Shown piece by piece: positions 19,074 to 29,444 of a stretch of 64,000 nt of DNA. Origin of the DNA: Nitrosopumilaceae archaeon. Lineage in GTDB: Archaea > Thermoproteota > Nitrososphaeria > Nitrososphaerales > Nitrosopumilaceae. The translations under genes and the position numbers were made by a program. Positions within the stretch are counted from its first letter, which is position 1. The number at the start of each line of letters is the position of its first letter. The stretch covers positions 576,001-640,000 of the forward strand of contig OZ242274.1 in assembly GCA_965207375.1 (NCBI GenBank), written 5' to 3'. The notes under the pieces are model-generated. The model was not told the origin of the DNA. It ran no database searches and saw only the letters and a program-made list of their open reading frames with translations.

Positions 19074-19508
19074 TTATTCTTTTAACAAACTAACTGATAC
19101 GGGCCCTAGCAAATTTCCATTCGGATTAATAATAATCTGTACCTTCTGTACTTTAGTATTGTATATGGTGTTTTGTCCCAAATACTCCCACGTGTAGTAT
19201 TGTGCAATTTCTGTAGTATGTGCCGTTCCTTTTAGCTCAAAGTCCTCCTCTAACAAAGCTGTTTCTCCCCTAACAGATATGGACAAAATTTTTGGACTGT
19301 CTCCATTAGGCGTGAATTTGAGCCTGTAATTTCCAGGTTCTAAAACAAACTCGTCAGAAAAAACCCCACCAATATACAGTTCTGGATCAGCCAAGGTCAC
19401 ATGAAATATCCTGTCATCTTGCTTCTGCTCGCCTGTATCTAGCATTGCTATAACTATGATGATACCGATAATAATTACTCCAATCATGCCTAGTTTACGT
19501 TTTGCCAC
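19074..19508 (-). CDS. Hypothetical membrane-anchored protein
   Basis: N-terminal TM helix, HVTLADP and FTPNGDSP motifs. Confidence 0.7.
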   Translation of the reverse strand: MAKRKLGMIGVIIIGIIIVIAMLDTGEQKQDDRIFHVTLADPELYIGGVFSDEFVLEPGNYRLKFTPNGDSPKILSISVRGETALLEEDFELKGTAHTTEIAQYYTWEYLGQNTIYNTKVQKVQIIINPNGNLLGPVSVSLLKE

Positions 19509-19631
19509 AACTCTATCTGCAAGTCAATTGATATTAAAATTTGGTCAAAATTTAGTTTGTTAGTGAAATTTTACGACTAGCTAAGCATCTTTGACACGCG
19601 ATATTAAGTATATAATTCTAAAGAATCATGC

Positions 19632-20270
19632 ATGAGTGGAATTCAAAATAAATGGTCCAAGACACCGTCACCGTCGATATCTGAAAAAATCAGCGACGTG
19701 ATAAAACCAAAAGGTGCTCTAAAACCACGAGTTTTGAATGCAGTACAGAAATTACAAAAACAAATTGCAAAACTTGATGCAATGCTAAACAAACTACAGG
19801 AACGAGACACAAAAATTTTTCAGCGCATTGTTGAGGCAACACAACAACACGATGCTCATACTAGCAAAGTTTTATCCAATGAGCTAGCCGAAGTACGAAA
19901 GGTAACTAAAATTTTAGGAAACGCAAGGATGGCACTAGAACAAATTGAATTGCGATTAACTACATACAATGATCTTGGCGATACTGTAACTACGATTATG
20001 CCTACAATCGGCTTGATGAAGAACATGAAATCTTCACTATCAAAATTCATGCCGGGAGCAGATCAGGAAATATCTAGTATGGCAGAAATGTTGGGCGGAT
20101 TTATGGTTGATACATTCTCTGGAGAAGCATCATTTGGTATAGATGCCCCAAGCAATGAAGAGACTGACAGAATTCTCCAAGAAGCATCAGCTGTTGCAGA
20201 AAATTCTGTCAACGACAAATTCCCAGACATGCCAACATCTACTGCCGCCACAGAAAGTAAATTCATCTAA
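19632..20270 (+). CDS. ESCRT-III/Snf7 family cell-division protein (CdvB paralogue)
   Basis: Snf7 coiled coil, SNELAEVRK, LEQIELRL; paralogous to 46805-47455. Confidence 0.88.
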   Translation: MSGIQNKWSKTPSPSISEKISDVIKPKGALKPRVLNAVQKLQKQIAKLDAMLNKLQERDTKIFQRIVEATQQHDAHTSKVLSNELAEVRKVTKILGNARMALEQIELRLTTYNDLGDTVTTIMPTIGLMKNMKSSLSKFMPGADQEISSMAEMLGGFMVDTFSGEASFGIDAPSNEETDRILQEASAVAENSVNDKFPDMPTSTAATESKFI

Positions 20271-20770
20271 ACATTTGATTCATAGCTTTCTCTTGCTTGC
20301 TTTATCTGCTTGATATTTTTTTCTTCGGCATCAATCACACCGTCAATTCCAGAAAGCTTGTCTCTTAATCCGTTTATCATATTTGCAACCTCGTCAGCTT
20401 CTTGCTCCACATTTGATCTTTTTCTGGTCAGTTCTGCTATACCTCTGTTTTCTTCTTCGATATAGTCATTTACTTTTTCTAATTTTTCCTTCAAATTCTT
20501 AATGTCTACAGACTCTTCTTCAATCTCCTTTTCTAGTCCGGTTCTTTTATCTTTGAGATTCTTTATCATTAATCCAACATAATCAATGGCCTCTTCCAGC
20601 TTTGTCCGCTTGTCAATGAGGCCACCTATTCCGATATCTGAATTTGTTTGTTGTTGATTTGGCATGTCTTCTGAACTAGTCTCTGATCTAACACCGGCTT
20701 CTGCAATATCTTCTCTTTCAGCTACCATTTCTGAGCCTTTCTCCTTGTCACGTTTGAACCTATTAAACAT
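20267..20770 (-). CDS. Coiled-coil hypothetical protein
   Basis: 167-aa heptad-rich ORF. Confidence 0.7.
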   Translation of the reverse strand: MFNRFKRDKEKGSEMVAEREDIAEAGVRSETSSEDMPNQQQTNSDIGIGGLIDKRTKLEEAIDYVGLMIKNLKDKRTGLEKEIEEESVDIKNLKEKLEKVNDYIEEENRGIAELTRKRSNVEQEADEVANMINGLRDKLSGIDGVIDAEEKNIKQIKQARESYESNV

Positions 20771-21232
20771 CTGACAATTATTAGTTGTTATTTGAATAAA
20801 AAGCTAGGCTAAAGATTAAATCTAACAATATGACATACTTTTTCACATTTTATTGACTAGAGTATGCAAAGTAGCCACGGGTACACTTGATTTTTAGAAT
20901 TTTTACCAATTCCTTTCAAATCTAGTCTGAATAGCCTTGGGCATATTCGTAGCTCCTTTATCAAAAGATAACTGCCTTTTTGTCAGGTGCAGTTTAATCT
21001 AGTGGCAATACAACAGGTTCCTATTTAGTGGCGTATTTATCAAATCCTAGATTCAATCAAAAATTCATTCCAAGCCAGAGCACACACAAATCATCAAACT
21101 ACCTGATCCACCTGATTTTCTAAAATTATTACGCAGCGACATTTTGAACACCTGATTAATTTGGGATAAAAACAAAGCATTCTAGTCTCAAACTAGCATA
21201 AACTTCATATATATTTTCCAAAGAAGTCGAGC

Positions 21233-21427
21233 ATGGTTTCCAAGGAGATTACGGTAGGTGTAGGAATACCAATGATTGTTGTTGGTGCTTTGATGGCAGT
21301 ACTATGGGCTCCAACAGAGCTCAGCATGGGTTCAACTGTGGAATTTGTTGGAAGTCTAATTGGAATACTAGGGGTTGCATTTTTTATTGCAGGTCTGTTC
21401 TATACCAAAGAACCCGTATTGCATTAG
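21233..21427 (+). CDS. Small two-TM membrane protein
   Basis: 64-aa hydrophobic ORF preceded by a TATA-like run. Confidence 0.65.
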   Translation: MVSKEITVGVGIPMIVVGALMAVLWAPTELSMGSTVEFVGSLIGILGVAFFIAGLFYTKEPVLH

Positions 21428-21469
21428 AAAAACCACTGAATAAATAATGAAACATTTCATCAAAATTAC

Positions 21470-22180
21470 TTGAAAGTTAGGATATTTGAAATATTTACAT
21501 CAATAGAGGGCGAGGGAATTTTTTACGGCACAAAAACACTTTTTGTCAGACTTGCAGGATGCCCCTTTACCTGTTTTTACTGTGACACTGTAGATGCATT
21601 GCCGCTAGATTCCGGAGATCAATACAGCATTGAATCTGCATGCAAACTAATTGATGATAATTTGCAAAACAACACGTTTAAGGTAAATTTTACCGGTGGA
21701 GATCCATTATTGCAACACAGACAAGTAGCCGAACTTGCAAAATACATCCAGTCAAAAAACATTCCTACATATCTTGAATCTTCCTGTTTTGACTCTACTA
21801 GATTTGATCACGTATTGCCTTTTATCGACTATATCAAAATTGAATTAAAAACCCGAGATTCTAACTTTGTAGACGAACAACACTATGATAATCTGATCTC
21901 AAATGCAGTACAGTGCCTTGCAAGTTCTGTCTCCTCTGGAAAGAAAACCTACATCAAAATTGTAACAAGTGCAAAAACTACCCTTGATGATTTTAAAGAT
22001 CTTACAAACAAAGTATTTGATACTGCTGTAAACGAATTATCCGGATTTATAATACAACCTACCTATGGGGTACAAGAGCCATCCTTGGAGCAACTGATGA
22101 GTTTCTATGATGTAGTGTATCCTGCCTACCCTGATGTTCGTATTGTTCCACAACTACACAAATTCATTGGTGCCCGTTAG
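21470..22180 (+). CDS. queE: 7-carboxy-7-deazaguanine synthase (radical SAM)
   Basis: EIFTSIEGEG, FVRLAGCPFTCFYCDT, TGGDP and PQLHK motifs. Confidence 0.92.
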   Translation: MKVRIFEIFTSIEGEGIFYGTKTLFVRLAGCPFTCFYCDTVDALPLDSGDQYSIESACKLIDDNLQNNTFKVNFTGGDPLLQHRQVAELAKYIQSKNIPTYLESSCFDSTRFDHVLPFIDYIKIELKTRDSNFVDEQHYDNLISNAVQCLASSVSSGKKTYIKIVTSAKTTLDDFKDLTNKVFDTAVNELSGFIIQPTYGVQEPSLEQLMSFYDVVYPAYPDVRIVPQLHKFIGAR

Positions 22181-22239
22181 CACTTGATATAGCAGAGTCG
22201 GATTAACTTCAAATAATAGCAAAATTCTGAATAGATCAC

Positions 22240-22791
22240 ATGGACAATGAGAGGGTAGAAAAACTAGTTAGAGAATTAATTATCGAATTAGGGGAGGACC
22301 CGACAAGGGAGGGATTACGAGAAACTCCCAAGCGCATAGCCAATATGTATAAGGAAATCTTTGGAGGTTACGAATCTGACTCTGAATTATCTGTGCAATT
22401 TTCTGAAGATTCTGACGTTGTTGTGGCAAAAGACATCCAGTTTTATTCAATGTGTGAGCATCACATGCTTCCATTCTTTGGCAAAATCCATATTGCATAT
22501 TCTCCTAACGGCCGCGTTTTTGGAATATCAAAACTGATAAGATTGGTAGAAAAATATGCAAAGAGACTGCAAATTCAAGAACGATTGACCAAAAACATTG
22601 CAGACGAGCTTTATGCCCAGGGTGTTAAAGGCGTCATTGTGGTTGCAGATGCAGAACATCTATGCATGAAAATGAGAGGCGTTAGAAACGATGCCAAGAT
22701 GACATCCTCTGCATTTAGGGGCATTTATGAGAACAAAGAGGATAAAGAAAGCATCTTGGCAATGATTTGCAAGCCTGCAAGCCATCTTTGA
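22240..22791 (+). CDS. folE: GTP cyclohydrolase I
   Basis: REGLRETPKR, SMCEHHMLPF, LQIQERLT and HLCMKMRG motifs. Confidence 0.96.
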   Translation: MDNERVEKLVRELIIELGEDPTREGLRETPKRIANMYKEIFGGYESDSELSVQFSEDSDVVVAKDIQFYSMCEHHMLPFFGKIHIAYSPNGRVFGISKLIRLVEKYAKRLQIQERLTKNIADELYAQGVKGVIVVADAEHLCMKMRGVRNDAKMTSSAFRGIYENKEDKESILAMICKPASHL

Positions 22792-22830
22792 TGGTTAAAA
22801 ATTAAATACCCTGTCCGGCGAGAAAATTTC

Positions 22831-23088
22831 ATGAGAGCTCACAACAATGTCCACATTCCTACCGAATCATGGCCACGCTGGACCTGGTTTGCAATTGAAT
22901 TTGGAATTGTACTTGCAGTATCTATGCTGGTCGGACGAGAACTTGTAAACCTCTTTCCTAATCTTACCGCAGAAATACAAAACTGGGTCTTTTATGGATT
23001 TGTAGCAGGAATTTTCATTGGATGGTATCTTGTTATTCGTGCACTGGTTTTTAAGCGTCCAATACTTGGCACCACGTACTCAAACTAG
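22831..23088 (+). CDS. Small membrane protein
   Basis: 85-aa ORF with two TM helices. Confidence 0.65.
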   Translation: MRAHNNVHIPTESWPRWTWFAIEFGIVLAVSMLVGRELVNLFPNLTAEIQNWVFYGFVAGIFIGWYLVIRALVFKRPILGTTYSN

Positions 23089-23762
23089 CTCAAATATTTT
23101 GTCTTGTCTATGATATTTGCCTTTTCAAAAGCAATTTTTCTATTGTTACATGATTCACATTGTCCACAATGTGCACTTTTGCCTGCATAACAACTCCATG
23201 TTTTAAAAATTTCATCCTGCAAATTTTTGTATCCTAACCTTATCAAATCACTTTTTGAATATCTGTCGATATATGGCGACTTTATGGTTATCGCACTTCT
23301 GATTTTCCTGTTTATTCCGTCAATTTCTCCCTGGTTTAGTGCATTTTGCATCTTTTTTGCAAACAACGGCCTACAATCTGGATAGTGCAAGTCCTGTGTA
23401 TGTGCCCCATATGCTACTACCGTTGCGTGTATTGTGTATGCCCATGCAGCAGCCATTGTAAGAAAAATGGCGTTTCTGATTGGCACCACAATAGAGTATT
23501 CAAATTTGTTTGGAATCTTCTTCTTAGAACTTGTCAGCACATTGGTGTCCCCATACAGTTCCTTCATAAAGGCAATGTCTACAATCTTGTGCTGTTGTAG
23601 TCTGACCTTTTTTGCAAACCGTTTTGCAGTTTTTATCTCCTGGTCTGCTTTTTGTCCATATGAAAATGTAATACCGTACAAATCATATTTTTTGCCAAGC
23701 TGTGTCGCATAACAAATAGAGTCTATCCCTCCACTGAAAACAATTACTGCCTTTTTAGACAA
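23085..23762 (-). CDS. queC: 7-cyano-7-deazaguanine synthase
   Basis: SGGIDS, VPIRNAIFL, YPDCR, TWSCY...HCGQCESC. Confidence 0.95.
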   Translation of the reverse strand: MSKKAVIVFSGGIDSICYATQLGKKYDLYGITFSYGQKADQEIKTAKRFAKKVRLQQHKIVDIAFMKELYGDTNVLTSSKKKIPNKFEYSIVVPIRNAIFLTMAAAWAYTIHATVVAYGAHTQDLHYPDCRPLFAKKMQNALNQGEIDGINRKIRSAITIKSPYIDRYSKSDLIRLGYKNLQDEIFKTWSCYAGKSAHCGQCESCNNRKIAFEKANIIDKTKYLS

Positions 23763-23772
23763 ATTTCCGAAC

Positions 23773-24699
23773 CTACCTTTGTCTTGTTATGACTGCTCCC
23801 TTACTTGGTCTGCAAATCACAACTTGGGATTCGGTTTTGGAGCCATCAAACCCTTTTTTCATTGCAAGTGCAATTTTTTTAGGATCAGCTCTTCCTGCAA
23901 ATGCAATAACTGATGGCCCAGCCCCGCTAATTGTCACCCCCAAGGCGCCCGCCTTTAGAGCATTATTCTTGACTGCATCGTATCCTGGAATCATGTGCTT
24001 TCGCGCAGGCTCTACAATTACATCAATAACTGACTCTCCAATTATGGTCAAATCCTTTTTCATAAACCCTACTACAATGGAGCTTGCATTAGACAAATTC
24101 AAAATACTGTCCTTTAATTCGACCTTTTTTGGAATTACGCCCCTTGAGACCATTGTCTTCTTTGGAGGCACATTTAACTTTGGAATTGCAACACACATTA
24201 TCAAATTGGCAGGTGGATCTATTCTGATTACTCTTAATGGCTCCACCCTTATAATTACAAATCCCCCTAGAACCGATGCTGCCACGTTATCATAATGAAC
24301 CAAACCTGCAGCAGCCTTTTCCCCGACTCCTGCAAATTCGACTAGCTGATTCTCTGAAAGCCTTAGACTAAACAGTTTGTTGATCGCAATTGCCGCAGCT
24401 GCTGCAGATGCTGCACTACTGCCCATTCCAAAACCTGCAGGTACTCCTTTTTTGATATTAATCTCCAAACCTGTTTTAATTTTGAATCTTTTTACCATCT
24501 TTTGCACCACTAGACCCGCCGTATTTTTTCCAAGCTCAGTTGGAATGCTGTCAGAAGATTTTATTGTAATTTCACCTTGTTTTTTCTTTGTTATCGTAAC
24601 TGTGTCATAAAATGCATCTACTGCCAAACCAAACACATCAAATCCCGGACCCAAGTTTGCAGTAGAGCAAGGTGCCTTTACAGTAACACTGTTTACCAT
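23773..24699 (-). CDS. thrB: Homoserine kinase
   Basis: TANLGPGFD, GMGSSAAS, HYDNVA and ISGAGPS motifs. Confidence 0.95.
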   Translation of the reverse strand: MVNSVTVKAPCSTANLGPGFDVFGLAVDAFYDTVTITKKKQGEITIKSSDSIPTELGKNTAGLVVQKMVKRFKIKTGLEINIKKGVPAGFGMGSSAASAAAAAIAINKLFSLRLSENQLVEFAGVGEKAAAGLVHYDNVAASVLGGFVIIRVEPLRVIRIDPPANLIMCVAIPKLNVPPKKTMVSRGVIPKKVELKDSILNLSNASSIVVGFMKKDLTIIGESVIDVIVEPARKHMIPGYDAVKNNALKAGALGVTISGAGPSVIAFAGRADPKKIALAMKKGFDGSKTESQVVICRPSKGAVITRQR

Positions 24700-25457
24700 T
24701 AATCCTCTACCTCCTCTCCAAGATTTATTGTCCTGCTCAATGCGCCTTCTAGATTTATCATTCCATCCCCTGTCACATTGGATACAGGAAAAAGTCCCTG
24801 TGCAAATCCCCCCAAGTTCATTCCACGTAAGATATTTGCAGTTAATGTATAAGTTTCGCCATCTGATGATGCAGAAATTGCATCCTCCAAAGTCCTAAGA
24901 TTGGTAGACCATCTCAAAATCTGGGCCATTTTATCTGCAATTAAATCAGATTTTGTAATCACGTTAATGGCAGGCAATTTCAATCGTAATTTAATTGAGG
25001 TTGCAAGTAGTGCTATTGATACAAAATTTACTGGCGTGGTAATTAATGCCCCATCAAAAAGAAAAATACCTGCCTTTTGCTCAGAATCAATGCTGTTGAT
25101 CATAAATGGACCACTTGATCTATATGCAAATAATTCTATCTGTCCTGGGGTATCTACAATTAGATAGTCTGGATTTACATTTTTTATCTGTCCGTCGATC
25201 TCATCAAATTTTGATGCAATAAGATCATTTGCCATTACGAGTGCACCGTTTGGTCCTAGATCGTACTGTTTCATAATTGATACAAGATCAATACTGTCTC
25301 TTACGTCAATATCTGGAGTATACGGCAGACTTTCAACACCTGGATCCAGATTTAAAACAGAGGCAAAAGCACCATTTTTTGTATAATATTCGTAAAGCTT
25401 TGAAGTTAGGAGTGACTTTCCAGAGCCTGCTGTACCGGTAACAAAAATTGACTTCAA
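24699..25457 (-). CDS. GPN-loop GTPase
   Basis: GTAGSGKS, NLDPG, LGPNG, DTPGQIE and TKSD motifs. Confidence 0.93.
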   Translation of the reverse strand: MKSIFVTGTAGSGKSLLTSKLYEYYTKNGAFASVLNLDPGVESLPYTPDIDVRDSIDLVSIMKQYDLGPNGALVMANDLIASKFDEIDGQIKNVNPDYLIVDTPGQIELFAYRSSGPFMINSIDSEQKAGIFLFDGALITTPVNFVSIALLATSIKLRLKLPAINVITKSDLIADKMAQILRWSTNLRTLEDAISASSDGETYTLTANILRGMNLGGFAQGLFPVSNVTGDGMINLEGALSRTINLGEEVED

Positions 25458-25506
25458 TCTTTCGCGATATTGTTCATTATTGGCTTATATTTGAATCCAT
25501 AAAAAA

Positions 25507-26529
25507 GTGGTAATGAACTGGAGATTAGCGGCAATCCCTGTAAGCATGATACCCATTATTATCATTGCAATTCAGTTTGATATCCGAGCCGAGGACGTTT
25601 TTGCCATAGGTGTCATACCTTTTGTAGCCGCCGTCTTTTCGATGATGATGAAATTGGCAATTCAAGGATTCAAGTTTAGCTATATTGCCCGGCATTATCT
25701 TGGAAACATAGATTCTATATGGAGAATGGCAGGAGTTAGAGTCGGAAGTGAATTTATTAAATTTACAACGCCCATGTTTGTAGGGGCAGAATTTGTTGTA
25801 ATATATTGGATGCACAAAAAAGGCGTAAAGCCATCAAAGGCGATGTGGGTTGCCATCTTAGACATTGTGACTGAAGTCTTGGCAGGTGGAATACTGTCCA
25901 TCATTGCAGGAATAATTGCAATGATTTATGGCGCATATGTTGTAGGCATTGTAATTTTGACAACTAGTATCTTTGTAACATCTTTGTGGATGGTGTTGTT
26001 TTTCCTATCTTCAAAAAGAACGTTTACAGTGCCGAAAATTCTTGCATTGCTTGTAGAAAAAATTGGCAAGGCCAAGGGGAAAAAATACATTGAACAATCC
26101 AACATGTGGATGGAGGAGGTATGTACCATGAGCAGGCAAAACCTTCACACATCAGAATCAAAACAGGTTTTTACAAAAAGTTTCATTCTATCTCTTATCT
26201 CTTGGCTGTTTTACGGAATCTCGTTTATGATAATTGTGATCGGAATCGGTTATCATATAGGGGCCTTTGATTCCATAATGGCAGTCATGGGTGCAAATGC
26301 AATTGGAAATCTACCAATTACCATAGGAGGCTCTGGTCTTGCCGAATTTGGCATTGTTGCATATTTGAACAATTTAAACCCATTTGATATTGCAGCCGTT
26401 GAAAAAACAAGCGAATGGAATGCTGTAATTGCATGGAGAATCGCCACATACTATGTTCCTATAGCCGTAACTTGGTTCCTTTTGATGAAGTTGGCACTAA
26501 CCAAATATGACAAAAAACAAATCACATAG
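25507..26529 (+). CDS. UPF0104/lysylphosphatidylglycerol synthase TM-like (flippase-like) membrane protein
   Basis: Multi-TM, TP..VGAE, PITIGGSGLAE and WRIATYY motifs. Confidence 0.8.
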   Translation: MVMNWRLAAIPVSMIPIIIIAIQFDIRAEDVFAIGVIPFVAAVFSMMMKLAIQGFKFSYIARHYLGNIDSIWRMAGVRVGSEFIKFTTPMFVGAEFVVIYWMHKKGVKPSKAMWVAILDIVTEVLAGGILSIIAGIIAMIYGAYVVGIVILTTSIFVTSLWMVLFFLSSKRTFTVPKILALLVEKIGKAKGKKYIEQSNMWMEEVCTMSRQNLHTSESKQVFTKSFILSLISWLFYGISFMIIVIGIGYHIGAFDSIMAVMGANAIGNLPITIGGSGLAEFGIVAYLNNLNPFDIAAVEKTSEWNAVIAWRIATYYVPIAVTWFLLMKLALTKYDKKQIT

Positions 26530-26540
26530 GGGACTAGATA

Positions 26541-27335
26541 TTGAATTTTAAAAACAAAGTGGTTGTAATTACCGGTGCATCAAGCGGAATTGGCAAAGCA
26601 ACTGCAATCGAGTTTGCAAAAAAAGGCGCACAACTAGTCTTAGTTGCACGAGGAAAGGACAGACTACACCAGACATCTAAAGAACTAGAAAAATTCAAGG
26701 CCAACACGCTTGTAATTGCATGCGATGTTTCTGACAAAGATCAGGTCAAATCCATGAGTGCTACCGTCATTGATAAATTTGCCAAAATTGACATTCTAGT
26801 AAACAATGCCGGATTTGCCATATATGGAAGCGTTCTAGACTCATCCATACAGGATATTGAATCACAAATGCAAACAAATTACCTAGGCATGGTATACTGT
26901 ACAAAAAACCTCCTTCCAGTTCTTTTAAAACAAAAATCAGGACATATTGTCAATGTGGCATCAGTGGCTGCAAGTTTTGGCCTGCCAGGTATCGCCCCAT
27001 ACTGCGCATCAAAATTTGCCATGTTGGGATTTTCAGAGGGATTGCAACACGAGTTACACGGCACCGGCGTAAGAGTTACAGTTGTTAGTCCGATAATGGT
27101 TAGAACCAAATTTTTTGACGGTCCCTCATTTGAGAAATTTCCAAAATATTCTCCTGTATCTCTTGGCGCAAAAACTGTGGCAAAGGCAGTTCTTCGTGCA
27201 GCAAATTCTCCAAGATTGGAAATTATAGTTCCTTCTGTGGCCAGAGGCGCAGTATGGCTAAAACATACTGTACCATACGCCATCAATCCGATTTTGGGAA
27301 AATCATTTAGAGATCAATTGGACAGATCCCAATAA
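26541..27335 (+). CDS. Short-chain dehydrogenase/reductase
   Basis: TGASSGIG, NNAG and YCASK motifs. Confidence 0.93.
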   Translation: MNFKNKVVVITGASSGIGKATAIEFAKKGAQLVLVARGKDRLHQTSKELEKFKANTLVIACDVSDKDQVKSMSATVIDKFAKIDILVNNAGFAIYGSVLDSSIQDIESQMQTNYLGMVYCTKNLLPVLLKQKSGHIVNVASVAASFGLPGIAPYCASKFAMLGFSEGLQHELHGTGVRVTVVSPIMVRTKFFDGPSFEKFPKYSPVSLGAKTVAKAVLRAANSPRLEIIVPSVARGAVWLKHTVPYAINPILGKSFRDQLDRSQ

Positions 27336-27725
27336 TTATTCTGCATCTGCCACAGATTCTGCTGCACTCTCGTCTATTATTTCAAGACCTTTGAGCTCAA
27401 ATTGATAGATGGCATCCATGTCTATCTCTTTTTCTGTATGCAAATACTCTACGACCTCTTTGCTAAGTGAGGCCTTTAGTTGATCGAATTTGAAAGAGTA
27501 AACTACGTCTCTTTGCAATTCTGATATTTTGATATTTTTTGCAAAGTCCATCGTCACAATATGTCTTCCATCATCTGTAGGTTCATACAGCTGGACATCC
27601 ATCTTATTATCTGATTCAAAAATCTCTAAAATATATCCGGTTCTAGTCTCCTCACTTGGCTTGCCAAACTTTGCATTTCGTATCTCGTCTGTTACCCATT
27701 GTGGAATATCATCTTTTTTTGCCAT
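27336..27725 (-). CDS. Hypothetical protein
   Basis: 129-aa ORF tightly packed in a same-strand run. Confidence 0.7.
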   Translation of the reverse strand: MAKKDDIPQWVTDEIRNAKFGKPSEETRTGYILEIFESDNKMDVQLYEPTDDGRHIVTMDFAKNIKISELQRDVVYSFKFDQLKASLSKEVVEYLHTEKEIDMDAIYQFELKGLEIIDESAAESVADAE

Positions 27726-27737
27726 AAAAATTCACAA

Positions 27738-28088
27738 CTAATTTTCTAATTTATTTTTTTTACTTTTTTGCCACCAATCAAGATAATCATCATGTTTGTC
27801 CTCCCTTGTTTTGTCTCTTCTGTTGAGTCTTTCCCTGATGTCTCCTACCTGTTCTCTTGTTGCATACAATCCGCATTTCTTACAGATAAAGTGCTTTGTT
27901 CTAGAATCCATTTTCATCGGATATTCTATCTCATCAAACAACTTGAGAAGCTCGTCTCTATTTCTTGATTCTATCTCTGTTTCGGTCTCATATTTTGCCT
28001 GAACCTTCTTTCGCTCACGTGCTGTACATTCTGGACAATTAGGCAATAGTTGTGATGCAAGATTTTTTCCATAAAAGCGTTCCCACAC
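27738..28088 (-). CDS. Zinc-ribbon hypothetical protein
   Basis: CPEC...CKKCG; start codon uncertain. Confidence 0.7.
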   Translation of the reverse strand: MWERFYGKNLASQLLPNCPECTARERKKVQAKYETETEIESRNRDELLKLFDEIEYPMKMDSRTKHFICKKCGLYATREQVGDIRERLNRRDKTREDKHDDYLDWWQKSKKNKLEN

Positions 28089-28098
28089 TCATTTTTGA

Positions 28099-28163
28099 TC
28101 TGGTACGTGGATTATATCGTCATCCCTTTCGGTCAGTTCGCCCATCGAACACCACGTACCAGA
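28099..28163 (-). ncRNA. Candidate K-turn-containing small RNA
   Basis: Perfect 12-bp stem 28099-28110/28152-28163; inside it the minus strand reads CUGA-CC-GAAA-GG-GAU-GA-CG. Confidence 0.45.
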
Positions 28164-28189
28164 CACATGTAAAATCTGTTTGAAATCTA

Positions 28190-29413
28190 TTATGTTTTCT
28201 CTAAAAGCTCGGCTGCAATCTTGGCAGCATTTTTTGCCCCATCTCCTACAAAATTCCTCGAAAACTCCCTCAAAGAGTCTTCGAATGTGCCGTAATCATT
28301 TTTTATCGCAGAAATGGCCCCTATTACCTCCTTGGAATTTCTTGCAAGCACGCCTAGATTCCTTTCTTGTGCCCATCTGATCTGATTTGTATGTTCATCG
28401 TATACCGGCATTCCTATAATTGGACGCATCCTGTCTAGTATCTCTCCCATTACAGTATGTGATCCGTTTACTACTGCATAGCGGCATTTTTCCAACACTG
28501 CCATCTTTTCATCATCGCTTAAAAATCCAATATCTATCTGAACCCAGTCGACCTTTCTGTCTAGTGCCTCCTCTACAGAGTATGTCTTTCCGTCCCTGTC
28601 CCTTACGGCATTTATTGCTGGATCATTTCTTGCATGTGACACAATTCGCTTTTCGTCCTTCATTTCCTCACAAAGAAATACCTCGTTGTATCTTTTTCCG
28701 GTAGCATCGTTTGTTGACTTGTTGCCTGTCCTCATCCAGTATCCAAATTCATTATTCTCTACGAGTTTTTCCAGCTTGGTTTTCTTGCTTTTTTCTTTTT
28801 TCTTTGCCGTAAAGTGTCCTACATACTCTACCTTTTCTTTGACGCCTTTTGTAAAATTCAGATTATATTCACACATCGTATATGGCGGCGGCGAATCTGC
28901 CACTATTATCCTAGTTGCACGTGCAATCTGTTTTGCAATAAAAACCAGCGACGGATAAAAATACATTCTTGATTTGTACAGTTTGGGTTTGAACTGATTT
29001 GTTATAAACATGCTAGGAATATTTCTCCTATCGGCCAAAATATTTGCACCCATATCTCCGTCATTTATTGCTAGATCAAATTTTTCCCTGTTAAACAATT
29101 TTCCCTCCTTTTTCAAATAACTTGCAATCTGTTTCACTAACGGAGGTTGGTTTGACACAGACACTAGCAAATTTATCATAGATAACGTGATGCTTGGACC
29201 AAAGTCTCCATCTATTGGGGTAGGCATCAAAATCTCGTGGATTTTATCCTTTTGGGAGGGAAACCTGTCTAATAGCTTTTGATACACATGACCCTTGCTT
29301 GAATAATGTACCTCAAAATCTTGCACAAATTCTGGTAATTCGTCATTTAGGCGCATCATTCTAGTATAGTGCCCTCCACCCCACGGATAGATGAATTCGC
29401 CTATTTTTAACAC
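28190..29413 (-). CDS. GT-B glycosyltransferase (family 28/MJ1255-like)
   Basis: GGGHYTR, ITNQ, YVG, NGSHTVMGE and DEH.NQ motifs. Confidence 0.8.
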   Translation of the reverse strand: MLKIGEFIYPWGGGHYTRMMRLNDELPEFVQDFEVHYSSKGHVYQKLLDRFPSQKDKIHEILMPTPIDGDFGPSITLSMINLLVSVSNQPPLVKQIASYLKKEGKLFNREKFDLAINDGDMGANILADRRNIPSMFITNQFKPKLYKSRMYFYPSLVFIAKQIARATRIIVADSPPPYTMCEYNLNFTKGVKEKVEYVGHFTAKKKEKSKKTKLEKLVENNEFGYWMRTGNKSTNDATGKRYNEVFLCEEMKDEKRIVSHARNDPAINAVRDRDGKTYSVEEALDRKVDWVQIDIGFLSDDEKMAVLEKCRYAVVNGSHTVMGEILDRMRPIIGMPVYDEHTNQIRWAQERNLGVLARNSKEVIGAISAIKNDYGTFEDSLREFSRNFVGDGAKNAAKIAAELLEKT

Positions 29414-29444
29414 AAACTCAAAGCATACAAGCCGGTTTAAATTT

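Noticed and set aside
20780-21220. 450-bp intergenic gap examined for an RNA gene or pseudogene
   Set aside because: No tRNA fold, convincing repeat or recognisable coding remnant seen by eye
21470-23762. queE-folE-queC as a possible 7-deazaguanine DNA-modification (dpd) system
   Set aside because: No dpdA/tgt-like or restriction genes nearby; the housekeeping context fits archaeosine precursor synthesis
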